Assembly (NCBI GenBank): GCA_024226735.1
Contig: JAAELL010000032.1
Span: forward strand, 57,879-121,878
DNA length: 64,000 nucleotides
Direction of reading: 5' to 3'
DNA from: a bacterium
GTDB taxonomy: Bacteria > Planctomycetota > UBA1135 > GCA-002686595
The notes under the pieces were generated by a model. The model was not told the DNA's origin. It saw only the letters and a program-made list of their open reading frames with translations, and did not search any database. Of the stretch, positions 36,105 to 45,855 are shown piece by piece. Position 1 is the first letter of the stretch; each line of letters begins with the position of its first letter. The translations under genes were made by a program, and so were the position numbers.

Positions 36105-37718
36105 TTACAGGCGCGCTTCGACGATCGCCGCGACGACCGCCTCGATCGGCTCGTCCGGCCACACCTCGACGCACGTCGGCACCTCGTCGGGTGCCTCGAA
36201 CGCCTCACGCGCACGCTCGTAGACGGCCAGATCGGCCTGCGATACCGCGTGCGGGTCGTGGCTGCGCTCCTCCATTCGCGCGCGGATCGTCGCCTCGTCC
36301 GCGCACGCGCGCACGATGAGGCACGGCACGTTCTGCTCCTGCGCTAGCGCCACGAACGGAGCGCGCTGCGCCCGCCGCCCGAACGTCGCGTCGACGACGA
36401 CACCGCGTCCGGCGCCGAGCGCCGTGCGCGTCGACTGTAGGAGCGAGTCGTAGGTGAGGGCCCGGCACTCCGCCGAGTAGGCGCCCGCACCCCACGCGGC
36501 GGCCTGCACGGGCCCGCCAGCACCCACGACGCTTCGGCGCCGGACGTCGCTCGCGTACAGAGCGGCATCGAGCGCACGCGCGACGCGTTTGGCGATCCAG
36601 CTCTTGCCGCTGGCCGGCAGTCCGCACATCAGGACCAGAGGGCGCCCGAGGGAGTACTCGGCCGCCAGGTGGAAGTAGCGCATCGCCTCGAGCCGCTTGT
36701 CCGCGGCGCTGGCCGCAGGCAGCTCGCCGCCGGCCGCGGCGAAGCACGCGACCTTGGCGCGCACGATCGCGCGGTACTCCTTGTAGGGCCCGATCAGCGC
36801 GGCGAGGTCGGGATCCTCCGCGAGCTCGGCGTAGCGCCGAATGAGGAACTGCCCGAACGCGGAGAAGCCCGCCAGATCGAGGTCCATCGCCAGGAACGCG
36901 AGCTCGCAGGCGACGTCGCTGCAGCGAAAGCGATCGCTGAACTCGATGCAGTCGTAGATCCGGATCGCGTCATCCTCGAAGCAGATGTTCCCGGCGTGCA
37001 GATCGCCGTGGCCCTCGCGTACGCGCCCCTCGCGCACGCGCCGCTCGAGCAGCTCGTTCGACTCGGCCAAGAACGCGCGTCCGCGCGCGGCGAGGTGCCC
37101 GTGCAGCGCCGGTGAGAGGATGGGTTCGGATCCCTGCGTGAACGGCTCGGTCTGGGCGAAGTTCTCCTCGAGGTTGACCGCGATGGCAGCCGGGGTCCCG
37201 TACGCGGCGACTTCGGCGTCCGATCGCGCCGCGGCGTGGAAACCGACAAGAAGCCGCGCGAGCTGGTCCAGGTGGCCGTTGTCGATCTCGCCCGCCGCGA
37301 GCAGAACGTCGAGCATGCGCCCACTCGGAAGCCTGCGCATCTCGACCGCCCACTCGACGACCGTGCCGGAACCTCCGATGCGATGCCTGCCGCCCTCCTC
37401 GCGCGTGACCGGGACGACCCCTAGGTACACGTCCGGCGCGAGCCGCTGGTTGAGACGCACCTCTTCCTCGCAGAAGTGCCGACGGCGCTCGAGCGTCGTG
37501 AAGTCGAGGAAGCCCAGCTCGACATCCTTCTTGAGCTTGTAGACGCGCGAGCCCGCAAAGAAGAGGCGCGAGATGTGCGTCTGCAGCGTCTCGATGCGGC
37601 GCGCCGGCAGCGGGTAGGCGTCCGGCCGGGAGAGGTCGTCGATGAGGGCTCTGTCCATGGTTCGCTGGAACCCACCTGCAACGTAGCCTCCGCCGCCCGA
37701 GCTCGACATGCGGATCAT
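36105..37718 (-). CDS. Bifunctional protein: N-terminal aminoglycoside-phosphotransferase-like (APH/choline-kinase fold) kinase domain + C-terminal P-loop NTPase (AAA_33/zeta-toxin-like) domain
   Basis: APH-like catalytic region HGDLHAGNICFED...IYDCIEFSD (HGD..N and D motifs). The C-terminal Walker A is GLPASGKSW. The start may be the internal ATG at 37658. Confidence 0.7.
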   Translation of the reverse strand: MIRMSSSGGGGYVAGGFQRTMDRALIDDLSRPDAYPLPARRIETLQTHISRLFFAGSRVYKLKKDVELGFLDFTTLERRRHFCEEEVRLNQRLAPDVYLGVVPVTREEGGRHRIGGSGTVVEWAVEMRRLPSGRMLDVLLAAGEIDNGHLDQLARLLVGFHAAARSDAEVAAYGTPAAIAVNLEENFAQTEPFTQGSEPILSPALHGHLAARGRAFLAESNELLERRVREGRVREGHGDLHAGNICFEDDAIRIYDCIEFSDRFRCSDVACELAFLAMDLDLAGFSAFGQFLIRRYAELAEDPDLAALIGPYKEYRAIVRAKVACFAAAGGELPAASAADKRLEAMRYFHLAAEYSLGRPLVLMCGLPASGKSWIAKRVARALDAALYASDVRRRSVVGAGGPVQAAAWGAGAYSAECRALTYDSLLQSTRTALGAGRGVVVDATFGRRAQRAPFVALAQEQNVPCLIVRACADEATIRARMEERSHDPHAVSQADLAVYERAREAFEAPDEVPTCVEVWPDEPIEAVVAAIVEARL

Positions 37719-37917
37719 GACGAGACGCGCTACGGACAGCGGACCGTTGCCCCCGGCGCAGGCGGTAGGATCGGGTGATGGGCACCCCCGCGCAGCCGGA
37801 GCAGAGCACCAGCGACTGGGGTCGGCTGCGCTCCGGCCTCGAGCACGCGGTCACGGCCACCGCGATCTGGCGCAACTTCACGACGTGGCGCCCCGACCTG
37901 GAGCCGGTCATCCGCGG

Positions 37918-37950
37918 CTAGTGGTGTGAGTCACTCTTGTGCGCACGGGG
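37918..37950. repeat. Solo copy of the MITE arm (GCTAGTGGTGTGAGTCACTCTTGTGCGCAC) overlapping the 3' end of the LanC-like ORF
   Basis: It is identical to the 35863 arm over about 26 nt. Its reverse complement is read as the last 8 codons (AHKSDSHH) plus the stop of the LanC-like ORF. Confidence 0.5.
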
Positions 37951-39318
37951 TGCCCCCCAGGCGTGGTCCTCGGGCATCCGGATCCTGGGCGTCTCGCCGC
38001 GCAGCGCCGCATCGAGGTAGAGCAGCGTCCAGCCGATCCCGGCGGCACCCTGCATCCAACCCGTCTGTGCTTCCAGCCAGTCGGGACGGACGCGGTGCTC
38101 GGCCTGTTCCCACGCCAGCGTGACCTCGCCGTCGTGCTCGGCCGTCGTCGCACGCCGCAGGACGTCGTCCGCCAGAGCGCGCGCCAGCGCTAGGTCGCCT
38201 TCGGCATCGGTCCCCGTCCCGCGATGTGCACGCCGGTCGAGCAGGAACTCCACGATCCCCGCCGCGCCGCAGCAGCGACCGACGTTGTTCCAGTAGCCAC
38301 GCGTGCGGCCGCGCGGCAGGTCGTACGCGAGGAGCGCACGCCCGCCGGCCTCGGCCAGCTCGAGCCAGCTCTCCTCCTGCGTCACGCGGGCGAGCGTCAG
38401 GAACAAGCGACTCGTCCCCACGGGCCCGTGGCACCAGCCGAGGTAGAAGAGATCCTCGCCCCCGGGCAGGTGGTGCGGAACGAGCAGCCCCTCGCCGGAG
38501 CGATCGGCGACGCCGAGCACGTGCTGCGTGCCTGCGCGCGCAGCATCGAGAAGGGCGTCGTCGCCAGTGACGGAGCCGAGCGCCGCGAGGAACGCGGCGA
38601 CGCCTGCCGTACCGTGCGAGTAGTTCGGCATCCGGCGCGCGTAGGTCGGCGTCATCGGCCAATCGAGCCCTGCCTCGTCCACCTTGTCCGCGCGGCCGGC
38701 CAGGCTACGGCCGAGCGCGGCGGCGAGCGCGAGGTCGCTCGGCCGCTCCAGGACCTGGCCGGAGTACAGGAGCAAGAAACCGACGCCGGCATCGCCGGCG
38801 ATCACGTCAGTCACGGGCCCGAAGCTCGCCCGTTCGCCCTCGCGCTGCGCCACCGCGTGCAGCCCGTCGAGCACGAGCGCTGCACCGGCGCGGTAGCGCC
38901 CGTCGCCGGTCACGCGCCAGGCCTCGATCAACGCGAACGCCCGACCCGCCGCCCCCGTGTAGAACCCTGCGCCGCGCACCGGTTCCGCGGCGTGGGCGAG
39001 CAGCTCGTCGGCTCCCGCGCGCGCGAGCTTTCCCCAGCGCTCTTCCGCCTGACGCGAATCGGGCTCCGCGGATTCGAGCTCGAGGAGGAACAGAATGGGC
39101 CCCGGGCTTCCGGAGTACAGCCCGGGAGGGTCCGGCACCCGGCGGCTCGCCGCGGGCGTTGGGGCCCAGGTCACGCCGTCCGGCGTCCCGATGGCTACGG
39201 ACTCGAGCCAGCGCGCGGCCGCGCGCGCGCCTTCGAGATAGGGACGCGGCGCCACGACGGACGCCTCCTGCGCGCTGGCCAGCGACGCCACGGCCAAGAG
39301 GAGGATCGGGCAACGCAT
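37918..39318 (-). CDS. Secreted LanC-like (lanthionine synthetase C-like) protein
   Basis: Signal peptide MRCPILLLAVASLASAQEA. LanC motifs are NYSHGTAG (GxxHG), GWCHGPVG (WCxG), and GRCCGAAG (Cys-Cys-Gly in place of CHG), with the alpha-toroid repeat GxAG pattern. Start ATG is per ORF-track frame. The displayed-text coordinate is off by about 2 nt. The C-terminus reads through the repeat copy. Confidence 0.65.
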   Translation of the reverse strand: MRCPILLLAVASLASAQEASVVAPRPYLEGARAAARWLESVAIGTPDGVTWAPTPAASRRVPDPPGLYSGSPGPILFLLELESAEPDSRQAEERWGKLARAGADELLAHAAEPVRGAGFYTGAAGRAFALIEAWRVTGDGRYRAGAALVLDGLHAVAQREGERASFGPVTDVIAGDAGVGFLLLYSGQVLERPSDLALAAALGRSLAGRADKVDEAGLDWPMTPTYARRMPNYSHGTAGVAAFLAALGSVTGDDALLDAARAGTQHVLGVADRSGEGLLVPHHLPGGEDLFYLGWCHGPVGTSRLFLTLARVTQEESWLELAEAGGRALLAYDLPRGRTRGYWNNVGRCCGAAGIVEFLLDRRAHRGTGTDAEGDLALARALADDVLRRATTAEHDGEVTLAWEQAEHRVRPDWLEAQTGWMQGAAGIGWTLLYLDAALRGETPRIRMPEDHAWGAPRAHKSDSHH

Positions 39319-39471
39319 CGCTGCATGATACCCGTCCTCTCGAAGCATGAATCCGTTCTTGCCAGCCGTCTTGAGCGAGCTCTTTTGAATGCTCGCCGAG
39401 CTCGGGAGTAGAGTACGGCCTTCGGCGGCCCCCGGCGTCCGATGCCGGTTCTCTCGGAGAAATGAGTAGCG

Positions 39472-40041
39472 ATGCTCGACGCCCTGTTCGACTTCGACAA
39501 ATACACGATCACGACCATCTACACGGTCTGCGCCGTCATCGGTGGAGCCGTCCTGAGCCTGCAGATGCTGCTGCTCATGTTCGGCGGGGACGTCGACGCG
39601 GACACCGACGTCGATTCGATCGACGCGAGCGACGGGTTCGGACTGATCTCGATCCGCTCGATCGCCAGCTTCCTGGTGTTCTTCGGACTGTCGGGCTTGT
39701 GGGGCACCGAGGAGGACTGGGGCGGCGGCAAGACGCTCGCGGTCGCCTTCGGATCGGGCACCGCGATGCTGGTCATCGTCGCCTGGCTCATGGCGATGCA
39801 GAGCAAGCTGTCCTCGGAAGGCAACGTCCAGCCCGAGAACGCGATCGGCAATACGGCGACGGTCTACTTGGGCATCCCGAGCGAGAACTCGGGCAAGGGC
39901 AAGATCACCGTCGCGATCCAGGGCCGCACACACGAGTACGCCGCGTTCACCCGTGGCCCGAAGCTCCCGACCGGAACGACCGTGCGCGTGGTGAGCCTGT
40001 CCGCGGGCAACACGTTCGAAGTCGAAGGAATCGAGTCGTAG
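39472..40041 (+). CDS. NfeD-like membrane protein (short form, YqiJ-like) with C-terminal OB-fold
   Basis: N-terminal TM segments, an acidic loop, and the C-terminal beta-barrel segment GKITVAIQGRTHEYAAF...TVRVVSL. It lies immediately upstream of the flotillin gene. GGAGA lies 11 nt upstream of the ATG. Confidence 0.7.
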   Translation: MLDALFDFDKYTITTIYTVCAVIGGAVLSLQMLLLMFGGDVDADTDVDSIDASDGFGLISIRSIASFLVFFGLSGLWGTEEDWGGGKTLAVAFGSGTAMLVIVAWLMAMQSKLSSEGNVQPENAIGNTATVYLGIPSENSGKGKITVAIQGRTHEYAAFTRGPKLPTGTTVRVVSLSAGNTFEVEGIES

Positions 40042-40081
40042 ACGAGATCCGTATTGCAAGAGTCTTGAAGGAGACGTCGTT

Positions 40082-41719
40082 TTGAACATCCTCCCGCTGG
40101 CCGCCCCCCAATCACAGCTCGATAACCCCTTCGCGGTTCTGCTCGGCCTCGCGGTCGTCCTGGTCCTCGGCGGGTTCATCCTGATCATCGCGCGGCGCTA
40201 CAAGCGCTGCCCCTCGAACAAGATCCTCGTGATCTACGGCAAGACGGGCGCTGGGCAATCGTCACGCTGTATGCATGGCGGTGGAGCGTTCGTCTGGCCG
40301 CTGATCCAAAACTACGACTACCTCAGCCTCGATCCGATTCAGATCGAGATCCCGCTGAAGGGCGCGCTGTCCCTCGAGAACATCCGTATCTCAGTGCCCA
40401 GCGTGTTCACCGTTGCCGTCGGCACGGATCGCGAGATCATGGAAAACGCGGCCGTACGACTGCTCGGCCTGACGCTGCAGGAAGTCAGCAAGCAAGCCGA
40501 AGAGATCATCTTCGGGCAGCTGCGCCAGGTGATCGCCTCGATGCGCATCGAGGAGATCAACCGCGACCGTGAGGTGTTTCTCTCGAAGGTGCAGACCTCG
40601 CTCGAGCCCGAGCTCGCCAAGATCGGCCAGGTGCTGATCAACGTCAACATCCGCGACATCACGGACGAGTCGGGCTACATCGAGGCCATCGGCCGCAAGG
40701 CCGCCTCGGAAGCCGTGCAACAGGCCTTGATCGACGTCTCGCAGCAGGAGCAGAAAGGCTCGATCGGCGTCGCCGAGGCCCAGAAGGAGCAAGCGATCCA
40801 GGTCGCCGAGCGCGAGAAAGTCCGCGACATCGGCACGAAGACCGCTGAACGTGAGCGTGCCGTCAAGCTCGCCGAGCTCGACAAAGAACGCATCATTGGC
40901 GAGCAGGCGGCGAAGTTCCAGCAGGAGGCGACCGTGCGCGACTCCGAACGCGAGATGCGCGTCAGCGTCGCCGGCGCGAACGCCCAAGCCGTCACGGGCG
41001 AGAACGAAGCCAAGAGCCAGGTCGCGCGCGCCAACGCCGACCTGCAGACGGCGGAAGCCGAGGCGTATCAGCGCGGTGAGACGCGCCGGCGCGAAGCGGA
41101 AGCCGGTGTGCGCGAGGCCCAGTACCTCGCCGAGGCCAAGGCCGCCGAGGCGGAAGCGACGAAGATCGAGGCCGAGAAGCGCGCCGAGCTCGAGGCTGCG
41201 GCCAAGGCCCAGAAGGCACAGACGATCGTCGACGCCGAGGCGCACGCCGAGCGGCGCCGGATCGAAGCGCAGGGCGAGGCTGCCGCCATCTTCGCCAGGC
41301 TCGAAGCCGAGGCGAAGGGCAACTACGAGGTCCTCGCGCGCAAGGGCGAGGGCATGCGCGAGCTGATCCAAGCGTGCGGCGGAACGTCGCAGGCGTTCCA
41401 AATGCTGATGCTCGAGCACATCGACCACATCTCCGAGACCGCGGCGAAGGCGATCGCCAACATCAAGTTCGACAAGATCGTCGTCTGGGACGGAAACGGC
41501 GGCGAGGGCGGTTCGACGAACACGGCGAACTTCGTCCGCAGCCTGGCCGGCGCGCTACCGCCCGCCCTGCAGATGATGAAGGACATCGGCGGCGTCGACA
41601 TGCCCGAGTTCCTCGGCAAGATCGTCGCGGAGGACTCGAACGGTCCGCCCGCGGTGGAATCGCCGGCCGAGCCTCAGGACGAGACCGAGCCCCCCGCCGG
41701 TACGGCGGACGGGGGCTAG
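40082..41719 (+). CDS. Flotillin-like SPFH/band-7 protein (YqiK-type)
   Basis: N-terminal TM, SPFH domain, and a long EA-rich coiled coil (AEAEAYQRGETRRREAEAG...). The TTG start has a strong AAGGAG 8 nt upstream. Confidence 0.85.
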   Translation: MNILPLAAPQSQLDNPFAVLLGLAVVLVLGGFILIIARRYKRCPSNKILVIYGKTGAGQSSRCMHGGGAFVWPLIQNYDYLSLDPIQIEIPLKGALSLENIRISVPSVFTVAVGTDREIMENAAVRLLGLTLQEVSKQAEEIIFGQLRQVIASMRIEEINRDREVFLSKVQTSLEPELAKIGQVLINVNIRDITDESGYIEAIGRKAASEAVQQALIDVSQQEQKGSIGVAEAQKEQAIQVAEREKVRDIGTKTAERERAVKLAELDKERIIGEQAAKFQQEATVRDSEREMRVSVAGANAQAVTGENEAKSQVARANADLQTAEAEAYQRGETRRREAEAGVREAQYLAEAKAAEAEATKIEAEKRAELEAAAKAQKAQTIVDAEAHAERRRIEAQGEAAAIFARLEAEAKGNYEVLARKGEGMRELIQACGGTSQAFQMLMLEHIDHISETAAKAIANIKFDKIVVWDGNGGEGGSTNTANFVRSLAGALPPALQMMKDIGGVDMPEFLGKIVAEDSNGPPAVESPAEPQDETEPPAGTADGG

Positions 41720-41797
41720 AGCCACCGAAGCGCCGGCGTTTCAAGCGCTTACAAGTGCATGCTGGCGCAAGACGGGTTTGGGCTTTCCACTGGAAGG

Positions 41798-42406
41798 ATG
41801 AATCCTCGTCTCGCTGCCTGCCTGCTGGTCCTCGCCTCGACCTCGTGCGTGTTCGGTCAACGCACCGCCGACCTTTCCTACCCGCCCGAGCGCAAGGTGC
41901 GCATCGTCCGTCCGGTCGAAGCGGCCTCGTTCCAAGCACCGCTCGTCGCGATCAACACGATCGGCGACGCACGTGACGACACGTCGCGCGTCGGCGAGCT
42001 GCGCAACGCGATGGGCTGGAAGACCGCCGACCTCATCGGGCGGCAGGACATCGGCGAGTGGGTGTGCGAGGCCCTGACCTACGAGCTCGAGCGCAGCGGC
42101 TACGAGGTTGTCGAAGGCCCCGAGTACGACGCCGTGCTCGAGATCAGCGGCTCGATAACGAAGGCGTTCACGATCGGCCAGACGGCCTACGACGGCGAGG
42201 TCATCCTCGAGCTCGAGCTGGCGCAGCCCGGACGCGAGCCCCTCGATGCCCGCTACTTCGGTCGCGCGACATCCCAGTCAAGCGTCGGCGTGACGGGCAC
42301 GACGTGGGGCCAATCGCTGTCGCTCGCGTTGCGCGACGCGATGCGTGAGGTGATGGTCGACGTGAAGAAGATGGCTCCACGCCGCGGAGTCGTCGAGGGA
42401 CGGTAG
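41798..42406 (+). CDS. Lipoprotein of unknown function downstream of NfeD-flotillin
   Basis: Signal/lipobox MNPRLAACLLVLASTSC, and about 200 aa. No family was recognised. Confidence 0.55.
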   Translation: MNPRLAACLLVLASTSCVFGQRTADLSYPPERKVRIVRPVEAASFQAPLVAINTIGDARDDTSRVGELRNAMGWKTADLIGRQDIGEWVCEALTYELERSGYEVVEGPEYDAVLEISGSITKAFTIGQTAYDGEVILELELAQPGREPLDARYFGRATSQSSVGVTGTTWGQSLSLALRDAMREVMVDVKKMAPRRGVVEGR

Positions 42407-42647
42407 GGAGCGGCGTTCGATCGTCGAGGTGCACGTGCGCCGTTGCGGCAACAGGAGGCGCGATCTCTCGCATGAGGGAACTGCTTGCGCGTGAGGTTGA
42501 CTCGAACCGTCTTCTGCATGTCATCGGCCGCCTCCTTCCGCGCTCAACGGCGAGATGTCGGACCATTCGCCTGGAGCGTACGGGAGAGTCTCGTAGACTG
42601 CGCGCCCATCGGGTTGGTTTCGATGGACGTGGGGGACCACGAGCGCC

Positions 42648-42975
42648 ATGAGACACGAAGCCCGGGTCGTCGTTATCGGCGGAGGCGTGGCGGGGTGTAG
42701 TCTTCTCTATCACCTCACGCGGCTCGGCTGGACCGACGTGCTCCTCATCGAGAAGGACGAGCTCACGAGCGGCTCCACGTGGCACGCGGCGAGTCTCTGC
42801 ACCCAGGTCAGCCCGAGCTACAACCTGATGAAGCTCCTCCAGTACAGCCTCGATCTGTACGGATCCCTCGAGGCAGAGACCGGACAGGCAGTGGACCTCC
42901 ACCGCTGCGGGAGCCTCAGGCTCGCGAACTCGCAGGAGCGGCTCGACGAGTACGCGCACCGCAAGGGCATCGCGG
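42648..42975 (+). pseudogene. 5' remnant (about 105 codons) of an FAD-dependent oxidoreductase (sarcosine/dimethylglycine dehydrogenase-like DAO family)
   Basis: A typical N-terminus ARVVVIGGGVAGCSLLYHLTRLGWTDVLLIEKDELTSGSTWHAA is followed by normal sequence only to about ...AHRKGIADTLGV. After that, translation degenerates (Arg/Pro/Ser junk) and stops at 43178. Full-length homologues are about 800 aa. Confidence 0.6.
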
Positions 42976-43252
42976 ACACACTGGGCGTCCCCTGGACCAG
43001 GCGAGCACGACCAGCGAGAATACGCTCGACCCCATCAGTGCCAGCGTCAGGACGATCGCCGTTACGACGATGGTGCCGGCCTTGTTGTATGTGTGCCTGG
43101 CTCCAGGGCGTGGCAGCAAGTCCTGCGTCAGAGCACCTGACCAACGACCGAATCGTGGTGCAGGCCGGAGACGACTGAGCTGCGCGAGGTACGAATTCGC
43201 CCCCGCCCTATGGACGGAGGCGAAGCAGCATCGGCCCGAAGGTTCCGTTCCC

Positions 43253-45580
43253 CTACTGGAACGTGATCGCGACGGCATCCGTGAAGTTCGAAGTGAGTCC
43301 GGGATTGTTGTCGCGGAACCACGCTTGGAAACGCCACGTGTCTCCAGCGAGGATCGATTGCTCGGGGAACGTCGGGATGTGGAGCGTGTCGACGGGGAGG
43401 CAGAACGCGCCCGCTACGCCCGAGCTCAGCACTTCGCCCGGCCGGTTGAAACGCCCGATGGTGCCCGCGAGGCAAATGAAGCCCTGGCTGCTCGGCGGCA
43501 TAGCGTAGCCGGGGGTCTGGCCCGCGAGAAAGAAGCCAAACTGGTGCGTGGGCATCTGGTCGGCGAGCAGCGTGAGCGAGTGATCGGACGCGATGTCGCT
43601 GCCGATCGCGCTGATCTCGGCGGGCAGCCCCGAGGAGTTGAGGGCGGCAGGGCCACAATAGCTGACACCCAGCGCGCAGTTCGCGGCAGCGTCGTAGAGC
43701 GCGCCATGGATATCCCACGGGCCGCGGCTGTAGACGGCCATGGCGCGCCGGCGCGCGCCCCCGCCGCTGTATGAGGTCGTGACCTCGACTTGTAGATCGT
43801 CGAGGATGTTGTTCGACACCCTGACGCGGCTCTCGGACAGGCACAGATCCAAACAGCTCAGGCAATAGGTCGACATGTAGATCTCGTGGTCGGCCACCCG
43901 CTCCGAGAAGGCAAGCACGAAACACTCGCCGTCCGAGTCGATGCTCGGCAAGGTCTGGTCATCGAAGACATGGACGCCCTCGAGCACGGTCAAGTCGCGC
44001 GACAAGAGAGAGACCGCGCCGATCAGGACGTTCGCATGGATGTCTCGGTCGGGTCCCCAGTCCCGCTCGAAGACAACCATGTAGGGGCGCTCGCCACTGC
44101 CGTCCAGGATGCTCGACACGCTCGGCTCGGTGTCGTCGAAGCTCGTCGCATCGATCGGAAACGCAGGGTGGACGAGGGTACCGTTCCAAAGTACTTGCGC
44201 CCCCCAGATGTCCTGATCGCCACCGCCGTCACGCTCCCACACAATGGACCAAACGGACGTCTCAGAAGGTGTGGCGCCGGCGCTCTTGGAAATCGACGGG
44301 CGCTGATCGGACACGGCGTCGAAGGTCAACATCGTCGGAACATGCAGCGCTAGGCCCGTGGTGTCCACAAGCCGCATCTTGATGTCCTTGCGGCCGGACA
44401 GGTCGTCCTCCGTCCACACGACGCAGAAGTAGGCCGGTGTCCCGTCGAAGAAATCGCCGCCGACGTCTGGCTCCTCCTGGCTCACGAACTCGGTGCTGTC
44501 GATCCCTTGCACGACGCCAAGCGGTCCACCCAGCGCATCGATCGTGCGAACGACGACCGTCTTGAAGCCGCCGTTGTCCTGCTCGGCCACGACGAGGAAC
44601 TTGTTCGCGAAGTTGTGACTCGCGACCTTGGGACGGGTCCAGTCCATGGGTCCCTGCTCGACGTAACCCTCGCGCATGAGCACGCCCGCTGCATCGAGCT
44701 GGCGATAGTAGATGTCTGTGTCCCCGAAGATACCGATCTCCTCGTAGACGACGAGGTAGCTGTCGGTCGTCTCGTCGTAGGCGACATCCGGATAGACCAG
44801 GGTGTCGGAAAAGTCGTCGATGACGATGGTCGAGACCAGAGGGTCCACGGTGACCGGGAATGTCGCCTCGGCGAGGAACGTCGCGGGCACTCGGATCTCG
44901 ATCTCGTCGGCCGCCCAGGAGACCGGCGCGTCGCTCCGGCGCCCGTGCGCATCGAACACGACGGCTCGCCCATAGAGCACCTTTCCATGCTCGTTGGAGA
45001 ATTCGAACCCGTCGGGTCTCCCGTTCCAGGCGAGCTCGCTCTCGACACCGATGCGTATGGACAAGTCCCCGGCGGGCAACGGAGTCCCGAAGACGAAGAT
45101 CTGTTCCATCGCCTTGGGCTTCAGCGCGTAGCGCTCGATCAACGAGCCGCGGTCGAAGGAGACCTGGTCCGCGTCGCGCTCGGGCTTGGCGGCCGCGTTG
45201 AGCACCTGGAGCTCGCCGCCGACCGTCACGCTCTCGAGGGTGAAGTGCACGGGGAAAGGACGCGGCGCATTCGAGCCGAGCGCGGGGTAGAACGTGGCGC
45301 CCGAGGGATCGAAGCCCGCCTTGTAGTTCGCACCACGCGCCCAAATGGCGCCGTCTCCCGGAGCGTCGTAATGGACGCGAGCAGCCGCAGCGGACGGCGC
45401 GTCCAGCGCAAGGAGCACCGGCTCCGGCAGCTGCGCCCGTCGAGGGGGAACGATTGTCGAGCTCTGCGCGCGACTTGACGCCCCCACGTCTTGCGCCGCG
45501 CTGACAGAGGCGATCAACAGGAGGGAAGCGGGGATGAGCCAGGCCTGCTTGCCTGAACGAGTGGCTTCTATTCGTCGCAT
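43253..45580 (-). CDS. Large secreted protein with the same conserved C-terminal domain as the 34006-35664 product
   Basis: Signal peptide MRRIEATRSGKQAWLIPASLLLIASVSAAQ. The C-terminal 130 aa align to the other protein. The N-terminal 600 aa have no recognised domain. Confidence 0.7.
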   Translation of the reverse strand: MRRIEATRSGKQAWLIPASLLLIASVSAAQDVGASSRAQSSTIVPPRRAQLPEPVLLALDAPSAAAARVHYDAPGDGAIWARGANYKAGFDPSGATFYPALGSNAPRPFPVHFTLESVTVGGELQVLNAAAKPERDADQVSFDRGSLIERYALKPKAMEQIFVFGTPLPAGDLSIRIGVESELAWNGRPDGFEFSNEHGKVLYGRAVVFDAHGRRSDAPVSWAADEIEIRVPATFLAEATFPVTVDPLVSTIVIDDFSDTLVYPDVAYDETTDSYLVVYEEIGIFGDTDIYYRQLDAAGVLMREGYVEQGPMDWTRPKVASHNFANKFLVVAEQDNGGFKTVVVRTIDALGGPLGVVQGIDSTEFVSQEEPDVGGDFFDGTPAYFCVVWTEDDLSGRKDIKMRLVDTTGLALHVPTMLTFDAVSDQRPSISKSAGATPSETSVWSIVWERDGGGDQDIWGAQVLWNGTLVHPAFPIDATSFDDTEPSVSSILDGSGERPYMVVFERDWGPDRDIHANVLIGAVSLLSRDLTVLEGVHVFDDQTLPSIDSDGECFVLAFSERVADHEIYMSTYCLSCLDLCLSESRVRVSNNILDDLQVEVTTSYSGGGARRRAMAVYSRGPWDIHGALYDAAANCALGVSYCGPAALNSSGLPAEISAIGSDIASDHSLTLLADQMPTHQFGFFLAGQTPGYAMPPSSQGFICLAGTIGRFNRPGEVLSSGVAGAFCLPVDTLHIPTFPEQSILAGDTWRFQAWFRDNNPGLTSNFTDAVAITFQ

Positions 45581-45644
45581 GGATGTTCTCCGATTCGAAG
45601 ACGTGGAGTGAGGCGGATCGCACTCAGGGCGGCGACCGACGTGC

Positions 45645-45735
45645 CCTCACTCGGGTGATGTGTTCGAGAGACACAGGCCCGATCGGGCCAGCACCCGGAC
45701 GCGCTCATTTCGAACTTCTCACGCTCGATCGGCGC
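45645..45735. repeat. Conserved ~90-bp element (copy 1) 65-155 nt upstream of the 43253-45580 gene
   Basis: It is about 80% identical to 47360-47450. Shared blocks are GGGTGATGTGT..CACAGGCCCGAT.CGG.CC..CACCCGGAC.CGCTC.TTTCGAACT.TC....GATCGG.GCG. It contains the 14-bp palindrome GGCCCGATCGGGCC. Confidence 0.55.
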
Positions 45736-45855
45736 CAAACGGCGTTTGCCTCCACGAGCCATCTCGTGGAGGCAAACGCCGTCGGCCATCTCATCACGCG
45801 CGACGACCGGTGAGCTCGCGAGCTCTTTACCTACAACAGGCGGGCCGGTCCGACA

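Noticed and set aside
38224-39411. 395-aa plus-strand ORF
   Set aside because: It is antisense to the LanC-like gene. The translation is Arg/Ala-rich with no motifs.
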